Positions 57,218 to 64,000 of a stretch of DNA of 64,000 nucleotides are shown one piece after another. Origin of the DNA: a virus; IMG/VR virus record IMGVR_UViG_3300020048_000026, positions 32,001 through 96,000 of that record; one strand, 5' to 3'. The notes beneath the pieces were generated by a model. That model saw nothing but the letters and a program-made list of their open reading frames with translations, was not told the DNA's origin and ran no database searches. Each line of letters opens with the position of its first letter. The stretch's first letter is position 1. A program made the translations under genes and the position numbers.

Positions 57218-57877
57218 ATGAAAATATTGAAAATTGAAGAATTTCTAATCAAGGAGGATATTTCCTTGATAAATCATGATGGTATACTTTTAATTGTTGA
57301 TGTTCAATCAGATTTCAAAAAATTCTTTCCAACAGATCCAAATGGTTATTTGAAAAAATTAGATAAATATTGTGAAGAATTTCCAAATGAAAAAGAATTA
57401 AAGGGTGTTTATCAAATCTGGGATTCTAATCGTGGATCCAAACCAACCTATAAGTTTAAGAATCAAAGAGAATTGGTTGAGAAGAAATTTGGTGTTAGGA
57501 AATTTTATTCTAAGTATAAAGGCGGATTTGATGAATGGACACATCATATATTTGATGAAAAGACTCTTGAACAATTCCAATCTAGAAAGAATAAATTTAA
57601 AGAAGGTGATGCTTTTAAAGTAAAAGATAAGAAGGAATTCTTAGTATATATTGGTAATACTCACAAATGGTTTTATGTAAATGATGAATTGGTTGAATTA
57701 TTTCAAAAATTAAGAGGTAAAAAAGTAGTTGTTTGTGGTGGAGCCGATGGTGAATGTCTTGAAGACGTGTTTATTGCATTAAAATCATTTAATGTAAAAC
57801 CTATCTATAATCATAAATATATTTATAGTGCAGAAACAGGTAATTATTTAAAGAAGAAACCAGAAGCCAAAAAATAA
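57218..57877 (+). CDS. Isochorismatase-like cysteine hydrolase fold protein
   Basis: LLIVDVQ and VVVCGGADGECL; start revised to MKILKIEEF. Confidence 0.65.
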   Translation: MKILKIEEFLIKEDISLINHDGILLIVDVQSDFKKFFPTDPNGYLKKLDKYCEEFPNEKELKGVYQIWDSNRGSKPTYKFKNQRELVEKKFGVRKFYSKYKGGFDEWTHHIFDEKTLEQFQSRKNKFKEGDAFKVKDKKEFLVYIGNTHKWFYVNDELVELFQKLRGKKVVVCGGADGECLEDVFIALKSFNVKPIYNHKYIYSAETGNYLKKKPEAKK

Positions 57878-57925
57878 AATTAAAAATTAATATATAATAT
57901 AACTTAAAATAATCCAATAATTATT

Positions 57926-58633
57926 ATGATATCTAGTATTTTACTCTTTGACGTTGTTGAACTCTTTCAAAATTATGGTATAGTAGTTGCTGTTTTAGTT
58001 TTAGCTGTTTTAACAGCTTTTTATATGATTAGGAATTCAACAAAAAGAATCAAAGATCAAGAAGAAAAGATAGATTCTTTATATGGTAGAATTGACAAAT
58101 TAATGACAAAATTTACACACGATGAAGAATCAAATGAATTGGCAGGAAAATTTATAAGTTTTGCTGAAAATGCAAATAAAATACAAATACAACTTTATCA
58201 TATTTTACAATCATTTGGTGCTGATAGGGTTTCTATATTTGAATTTCATAATGGTGGTAAAAATTTATCTGGAGTAGAATTCAAAAAGTGTAGTAATACA
58301 TTTGAGGCTGTAGAATTAGAAACTAAGCCGGTAATAAAAGAAATGCAAAATTTACCATTAAGTATAAATCCTTTATGGAGTAGGATATTATCAACCCGTG
58401 CAGATATTGAAATACCCGTTGTAGAAAATTTAGAAGATACTTTTTTAAGAGCATATTTACAATCTCAATCAATAAAAACTTATTATTCTTGTATATTATT
58501 GGATTATGCTAATACTCCAATAGGATTTATTTCTTTGGAATATTACAAAAATTCAAAAGAGTTGAATGTAAATCAACTTGATGAATTTAGTTCTATTGCA
58601 ATAAAAATATCCGTTTTAATTAATTTAAAGTAA
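57926..58633 (+). CDS. Single-TM protein with GAF-like domain (T4 holin T-like architecture)
   Basis: N-terminal TM; GADRVSIFEFHNG; PIGFISLEY. Confidence 0.55.
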   Translation: MISSILLFDVVELFQNYGIVVAVLVLAVLTAFYMIRNSTKRIKDQEEKIDSLYGRIDKLMTKFTHDEESNELAGKFISFAENANKIQIQLYHILQSFGADRVSIFEFHNGGKNLSGVEFKKCSNTFEAVELETKPVIKEMQNLPLSINPLWSRILSTRADIEIPVVENLEDTFLRAYLQSQSIKTYYSCILLDYANTPIGFISLEYYKNSKELNVNQLDEFSSIAIKISVLINLK

Positions 58634-59226
58634 TGATAACCGATTTACTATTAATATTCATAATTATAGTATTACTTGCGAATATCTATATAAGGCAAAT
58701 GAAGTGTGAAAAATCTTCATTTGAATTAATAAAGATTTTAAATTCTAATGTTGTACTTCTCAGTAGTTTAGAAAAAAGAAAAAAAATTCAGGATTTAAAA
58801 AATAGCTTAAAGATAAATACAGAACTTCAAGTTATATTAAAAATTTCTAATTGTGATTTTTTAAGCTTATTTAAGTATGATTTTCATTCAAAACAAAAAT
58901 TACATTATTTGGTATCTTTAGATAAAAATGGTTCAGTTGTTCAAAGTACTTTACTTGATAATTATATTGTATCAGATTCAATTGAAAATTTTGGCGGTGA
59001 TGATGAATTGGTTGAAATTAAATTAATGAATGTTAAAAGTAAAAAGATAGCCGATATTATGAGTTTTAGAGGTGTTAATAAATTGTATTGTCAAAATATT
59101 TCTGAAATAAAAAATAAACATATTGGTTTTTTAGCTTTATCATATAAGGATATAAATTATAATTTATCAGATGGTGATAAATTTGAAATTCAAAGAATAG
59201 CAGAAGAAATTGGTAGACTTATATAA
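58633..59226 (+). CDS. Single-TM GAF-like paralogue
   Basis: N-terminal TM; CDFLSLFKY; HIGFLALSY. Confidence 0.45.
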   Translation: MITDLLLIFIIIVLLANIYIRQMKCEKSSFELIKILNSNVVLLSSLEKRKKIQDLKNSLKINTELQVILKISNCDFLSLFKYDFHSKQKLHYLVSLDKNGSVVQSTLLDNYIVSDSIENFGGDDELVEIKLMNVKSKKIADIMSFRGVNKLYCQNISEIKNKHIGFLALSYKDINYNLSDGDKFEIQRIAEEIGRLI

Positions 59227-59241
59227 AAAATAATCCTTAAT

Positions 59242-59421
59242 ATGAATCTTTATGAATTATTAAAAGAAAAAAATTTAATTGTGAATAAAAAGGAATTTCA
59301 GGAATTGGTTTTAAATAGACAAATAAGAGTAAATAGCAAAATAATTAACGATCCTAAAGAAACAATAGATTTATCAGAAAATCAAATAGTTAGAATTGGA
59401 ATTCTAGAAATTCAATTCTAA
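59242..59421 (+). CDS. Stand-alone S4-like RNA-binding protein (missed by ORF track)
   Basis: MNLYELLKEKNLIVNKKEFQELVLNRQIRVNSKIINDP...VRIG follows the S4-domain pattern. Confidence 0.55.
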   Translation: MNLYELLKEKNLIVNKKEFQELVLNRQIRVNSKIINDPKETIDLSENQIVRIGILEIQF

Positions 59422-59444
59422 TTTTTTTGCTCGGAAATTTTCCG

Positions 59445-59452
59445 TATCTTTG
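59445..59452 (+). promoter_or_regulatory. Bacteroidota-type promoter (-7 TATCTTTG with upstream TTTG)
   Basis: tttttttgc...tatctttg upstream of 59470. Confidence 0.65.
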
Positions 59453-59469
59453 CCTTATAACAAAAAGAT

Positions 59470-59994
59470 ATGGAAATCAATAAAGAAAATATTTATAAAT
59501 TAGAAAATGCCTCTGATGTTAAAAAATTTATCATTGGTGGTAAAGCCATACTGACTTTAGAAAGTACAAAAACTGGTCGTTGGTTTACATATAAAATCAA
59601 AAAAGCAAAGAAAGATGATGAAAAATCACCTTTTTTTGTATCAGTATTAACTGGTGGTGATAATGAATCAGCCTATACGTATATGGGTACGATTTTTAAC
59701 AATGATAGATTATCATTCAAATTAACAAAAAATTCTAAAATTGGTGAAGATGCTTTATCATATAAAGCATTCAATTTCTTTTTTAATTTACTTATCAATA
59801 ATGATAAACTTCATTCTGAAATGAATGTTTATCATAGAGGTATTTGTGCTGTTTGTGGTCGTCCATTAACAACTCCAGAATCCTTAATAATTGGAATTGG
59901 TCCTATTTGTGATGGTAGACTTGGAAAACCTATTGAAATTAAAAAAGTTCGTAAGAAAAAATTACAAATGTTAAACCGTAAATTGGTAAAATGA
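59470..59994 (+). CDS. DUF6011-like protein
   Basis: CAVCGRPLTTPESLIIGIGPIC; RKKKL tail. Confidence 0.75.
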   Translation: MEINKENIYKLENASDVKKFIIGGKAILTLESTKTGRWFTYKIKKAKKDDEKSPFFVSVLTGGDNESAYTYMGTIFNNDRLSFKLTKNSKIGEDALSYKAFNFFFNLLINNDKLHSEMNVYHRGICAVCGRPLTTPESLIIGIGPICDGRLGKPIEIKKVRKKKLQMLNRKLVK

Positions 59995-60323
59995 AAAAAT
60001 TTGATTTGAGTACCGTAGAGGTGAGTAGTCTAAGTTCAGATGATATAATTGAATTAAAACGATATTTGAAAACTATTTCTGTAAGAGCATGTGTAAACTT
60101 TATTTTACATGTTATGGACACGGAATATACTTTATCTGAAATAAATAAAAATAATGATAAAGTTGAGAAATTCATAGCAGATAAGCAATTTGAATATCTT
60201 AGATATGTTATTATGCGGGTATCTGATGATGATTTTAGTGAATCTGAATGGATTCAAATAGAAAGAGAACACACAGTAAAACAAAGGAAAGAAAAACTAT
60301 CTAAAATTAATAAAAATGCGTGA
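59991..60323 (+). CDS. Hypothetical protein with RKEKLSKI tail
   Basis: 110-aa ORF. Confidence 0.6.
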   Translation: MKKFDLSTVEVSSLSSDDIIELKRYLKTISVRACVNFILHVMDTEYTLSEINKNNDKVEKFIADKQFEYLRYVIMRVSDDDFSESEWIQIEREHTVKQRKEKLSKINKNA

Positions 60324-60726
60324 ATGTAAAATAACAAATTATATTATAAGAGCAATTAGTGTATTATTTTTAATCTTTTTTGCCGTCACTTTTAAAAGTT
60401 GTAAAGAAGGTAATAAAGAACATAAACGATTATGTACAGTGCTTAAACACTACCAGTCTAATACCGTACATAAGGGTAGTGTTAATGATAATTTTATTTT
60501 AATATTGAAGGTTAGAAATGATACTACATTTAAAAATACTTTTGATCTTGATGTTTCCCCTTCAACTTATTATGATTGTAAAGATGGTGAAAATTGGTAT
60601 TTTTTCCTTAGGGACGAACAAATTGACTCTTCAAAAAATAGAAATATGATGGAAATGTTTACGACAATATCACTTATGCTTGGAATAGTATTATTAGTTG
60701 TAAGTTTTGTGGATTTTGAGGATTAA
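60316..60726 (+). CDS. Two-TM membrane protein
   Basis: Hydrophobic N- and C-terminal segments. Confidence 0.6.
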   Translation: MRECKITNYIIRAISVLFLIFFAVTFKSCKEGNKEHKRLCTVLKHYQSNTVHKGSVNDNFILILKVRNDTTFKNTFDLDVSPSTYYDCKDGENWYFFLRDEQIDSSKNRNMMEMFTTISLMLGIVLLVVSFVDFED

Positions 60727-60734
60727 AATAAACA

Positions 60735-60774
60735 AAAAAGTGTTTTTTATCTAAAAATAAGAAACACTTTTTTT
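60735..60774 (+). terminator. Intrinsic terminator-like hairpin
   Basis: aaaaaagtgttt...aaacactttttt. Confidence 0.6.
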
Positions 60775-60981
60775 ATGCCTTTTTGGAAAAAATTATTGAT
60801 TGATATTATATTTATTGCAATATATTATATTTTTTATAAAGTTATCGGATTTGAATTGACTGTTATTATAGCATTAGGACAGATATTATCAACTATCTTA
60901 CAAAAAGATTATCATAAAAAATCATTACCTCCTCCAACTAGTACTTACCGATTTCAGCAAAAAGGAAAAGTAAAATTTTAA
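60775..60981 (+). CDS. Small membrane protein
   Basis: 68 aa, hydrophobic. Confidence 0.55.
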   Translation: MPFWKKLLIDIIFIAIYYIFYKVIGFELTVIIALGQILSTILQKDYHKKSLPPPTSTYRFQQKGKVKF

Positions 60982-60982
60982 T

Positions 60983-61663
60983 GTGATAGAATTATTTAAG
61001 CATCAAATAAGAGCATTTAACAAAATTATTAATAATGATAAAAATTTCATATTTTGGCCTCGTCAATATGGTAAAAGTCATTTAATCTCAGCTTATTTAG
61101 AACATTTTATTAATAATAATTCTAATCAAAATATTTTATTTATTTGTTATGAAAAAAATTATATTAAGTATTCTAAACAGAAATTATTAAATGATATCGG
61201 ATATTTGACTGTAGATAAACACCGTACTGATGATCTATATTTTATTAATGATAATTTTTTGAAGTTTTGCTCAATAAAACAACATTTTGATACTATATCA
61301 GGTATGTTTAAAACTTTATCTCCATCATTGATAATTTTTAATGAGGTTTATGCCTTAAGTACTAATAATATTCAAAGATTATATAGTAACAATTTTTTAA
61401 ATGGAAAAATTTTATATACATCAAGTTTCATTGATATACAATTAATAAAAATGTTAGATTATAATAATGATTTTTATATAAACATAGAACAACCTGTTGA
61501 TAAAATAGATACTTTCGGATTATTTAAAGATGATATTAATCTTATTTATTTTGATATAAAAGAATTGAATTATAAACCAGATGATTTACTATATTTTTCT
61601 GATAAAGTTTATCAAAGAAAAATAAAATTAAAAAAAATAAATACAATTTCAAATGGAATCTAA
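60983..61663 (+). CDS. Degenerate terminase-ATPase-like protein
   Basis: LFKHQ, WPRQYGKS Walker A, IIFNE in place of DE; no nuclease domain; RKIKLKKI tail. Confidence 0.55.
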   Translation: MIELFKHQIRAFNKIINNDKNFIFWPRQYGKSHLISAYLEHFINNNSNQNILFICYEKNYIKYSKQKLLNDIGYLTVDKHRTDDLYFINDNFLKFCSIKQHFDTISGMFKTLSPSLIIFNEVYALSTNNIQRLYSNNFLNGKILYTSSFIDIQLIKMLDYNNDFYINIEQPVDKIDTFGLFKDDINLIYFDIKELNYKPDDLLYFSDKVYQRKIKLKKINTISNGI

Positions 61664-61925
61664 ATGTGGACTTTGCGGAAGATTAAAAGAATTAACATTT
61701 CATCACTATATACCAAGAACATTACATACAAATAAACTATTTAAAAAGATGTATAAAGTTGAATTTATGAAAAGTCATGGTATTGATTTGTGTGAAGATT
61801 GCCACACTAATATTCATAAATTTTTTAGCGAGAAGGAACTTGGTAGAAATTTTAATGATAAAGTTAAACTTCTTTCAGATGAAAGAGTTAGAAGATTTAT
61901 AAGATGGGTAAAGAAGCAGGATTAA
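61653..61925 (+). CDS. HNH-like zinc-binding protein
   Basis: CGLCGR...LTFHHYIPR...LCEDCHTNIH. Confidence 0.75.
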   Translation: MESKCGLCGRLKELTFHHYIPRTLHTNKLFKKMYKVEFMKSHGIDLCEDCHTNIHKFFSEKELGRNFNDKVKLLSDERVRRFIRWVKKQD

Positions 61926-62407
61926 ATATTTGGATCTTGAATATTATCATTTATTAAAGACTTGATTTGCTCTAATAATTCTTTTCTAAAGGTATATTTA
62001 TTTCCAGTAGAATTAACATATCCAATATTTAATAAAGTTTCTAACTGGCTATTATCTATGTTAAGTTCTATTGAAGCATCATCGGAGTAGATACTTATCA
62101 CTGAGTTAATTTCAATTTGATTGTTGTTGTACTGAATAGGTGAATATGATTGTTGTGTTGGTTCAGTATAACTATTACCTTTTATATTTTTAACAATTTC
62201 TGATGCTTCTTTTAAACTTGGTCTAGTTGTTTCTGCCCAGAGATAACCTAATATAATAGGTAATCCTGAAGTGAAATATACTGCAAGTGCATATAAGTCT
62301 GCTTTTAATAAAATAGCAAAGATTGCTAATCCTATCCAAACAGATAATACTAAGTATGTTAATTTTAATCTTCTACTTGACGACATTTTAAATTTATTTA
62401 TAGCCAT
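61922..62407 (-). CDS. Two-TM membrane protein (holin-like)
   Basis: Two N-terminal hydrophobic helices. Confidence 0.45.
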   Translation of the reverse strand: MAINKFKMSSSRRLKLTYLVLSVWIGLAIFAILLKADLYALAVYFTSGLPIILGYLWAETTRPSLKEASEIVKNIKGNSYTEPTQQSYSPIQYNNNQIEINSVISIYSDDASIELNIDNSQLETLLNIGYVNSTGNKYTFRKELLEQIKSLINDNIQDPNI

Positions 62408-62425
62408 AATTGGTATATATAAAAA

Positions 62426-64000
62426 TTATAAAATTTTTTCTTCTTCAATAGTTGAAAAAGACATTTTTTTATAAATTTTTATAATTCTATCAAAATAATT
62501 GATACCAAATGCTGAATTATCTGTAAAATAAACCTTTGGATCTAAAATTATAATATTAAGATTAAACTCTTTTGTGAATTTTTTTAATACTTTCAAAGCG
62601 TATTCAACATTTTCTGGCTCCATACTTGAAAAAACCTCATCTAAAAATAGTATATTTAATTTTCTAAATTTCAGTATCAATTTCAAATAAGAAAGTGCAA
62701 TTGCAATATTTATTTTTTTACTTTCACCCATAGATAAACTTTCTGGATGTACTTCATTTGTTAATCTTTCAAAGATATTAACATTAAATTCTTCATCTAT
62801 TCTTATGTTATAAGGCGATTTTAATTCATCTAAAATATCTTTCAGATAAACATTAATAGGCTTTACAATATTTTTTATTATACTTTTTCTAACTCCTTTA
62901 TTACTAAATACTTCTTTTAATTCTTCTTGAATTTGAATATTTTTATCTATTTCATTGATTTTATTAGAATTTTCTATATTTTTTGATTTGAGTTCATTAA
63001 TATTTTTAGTGAGTTCATCAACTGATATATCATTTTTTGTTTCTTTTAATTCTCCAATTTTTTTGGTTATTAACTTCAGGTCATATACTAAATTATTTAG
63101 TGTCATATTAGTACTATTCTTCTGTTTTAAGATAGTTTCTTTTTGATTTGATAACTGTGTTAGCTTTAAAAGTATCTCATTCTTATTCTTATCTAATTCA
63201 TCCATTTTTTTGATTAATTCATCTTGTTTTGAATAGATATCACTTAAATCATGTAAATGTTTTTCATCACTTAAATTTGTATTACAAAGTGGACAGATAC
63301 CTGATTCATAGACTTTTAGTTTTTCTTGTATATTTCTAAAATCCACTTTTATCTCAATAATATCATTTAAGATTATATTTTTCTGATTATCAAAATCTTG
63401 GCGTTGTTTTTCTAATTCAATTAACTTTTTATCAAATTCTAATATATCACTTTTTAGTTTAATATAAGGTTCTTTTTTAGTCATTTTTTCTTTTTCTAGA
63501 TTTTGAATTTCTAATTCTTTATCTAAAATACCAGTTCTTTTTATAGTTATGATATTTTGATTTAATGTATTAATAGTCTGTGAATTGGTTACTATTATAG
63601 TTTCATATCTAATTTTTTCTTCTTTTTGTTGTTTTATCAAACCGTTAGTTAGGTTTAGATAATTATCTAAATCTTGAAGATTAAATAGTTTGTTTATAAT
63701 ATTTCTTTTTTCTTCTGGTGATAAATCTATAAAGTTTGCAAAATCTGAGACTGACATTGAAATAAAACTTTTGTAAGTTTCAAAATCAAATCCTATAACC
63801 TTATCTCTATCTTCTTTTTTGAAATTTTTGAATTTTTTGGTTTCATCACTATCATTAATAAAAATTTTCGCATTGGTGGGTTCTAGATTTCTTTGAATTT
63901 TAATACTATCTGATAGATTGTTAATAAATTCAATTTCAGTTTCTAAATTTTTATTAATTCTATTTGGTAGGATTGCTTGTGGTACTCTTTTTCCATTTTT
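62426..64000 (-). CDS. Recombination ATPase gp46/SbcC/Rad50-like (5'-truncated by window edge)
   Basis: Frame open to 64000; coiled coil with CPLC hook; signature LSMGESKK; Walker B LFLDEVFSSM. Confidence 0.9.
   Translation of the reverse strand, partial: KNGKRVPQAILPNRINKNLETEIEFINNLSDSIKIQRNLEPTNAKIFINDSDETKKFKNFKKEDRDKVIGFDFETYKSFISMSVSDFANFIDLSPEEKRNIINKLFNLQDLDNYLNLTNGLIKQQKEEKIRYETIIVTNSQTINTLNQNIITIKRTGILDKELEIQNLEKEKMTKKEPYIKLKSDILEFDKKLIELEKQRQDFDNQKNIILNDIIEIKVDFRNIQEKLKVYESGICPLCNTNLSDEKHLHDLSDIYSKQDELIKKMDELDKNKNEILLKLTQLSNQKETILKQKNSTNMTLNNLVYDLKLITKKIGELKETKNDISVDELTKNINELKSKNIENSNKINEIDKNIQIQEELKEVFSNKGVRKSIIKNIVKPINVYLKDILDELKSPYNIRIDEEFNVNIFERLTNEVHPESLSMGESKKINIAIALSYLKLILKFRKLNILFLDEVFSSMEPENVEYALKVLKKFTKEFNLNIIILDPKVYFTDNSAFGINYFDRIIKIYKKMSFSTIEEEKIL

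Noticed and set aside
1-64000. Genome-wide TAG reassignment
   Set aside because: Core genes are full length in the standard code and TAG terminates 24265-24930 inside a terminator; only local read-through is supported

Overview
AT-rich, gene-dense 64-kb segment of a large T4-like (jumbo-type) myophage genome, most likely infecting a Bacteroidota host (ten TAnnTTTG promoter boxes directly upstream of genes). It encodes terminase, baseplate, neck and two Gly-X-X tail-fibre-like proteins, primase, a split family-B DNA polymerase half, a clamp-like protein, a gp46/SbcC ATPase and several glycosyl/methyltransferases. The centre (about 24.9-38.9 kb, minus strand) is a translation-rescue island: 16 tRNAs, two tRNA-like RNAs, a minimal RNase P RNA, a catalytic-core-only HisRS, a Pth2-like hydrolase, Tpt1/KptA, SmpB and an HD hydrolase; IF3 and an S4-like protein lie further on. 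Best candidate for an undescribed system: an unannotated 29-codon leader ORF (34205-34294) with a classical 1:2/2:3/3:4 attenuator sits upstream of 14 tRNAs, and its codons cover every one of their 9 anticodons (Lys, His, Ser, Phe, Trp). This suggests a ribosome-stalling sensor that switches on replacement, structurally remodelled tRNAs when host tRNAs are depleted. A second module pairs two amber (CUA) suppressor tRNAs with two ATG-ACG-TAG starts, one gating the Pth gene. Many small proteins share short terminal motifs (N-terminal MKxxKxFE, C-terminal KYNL or RKxKL). All assignments are by eye from sequence motifs; no searches were run.
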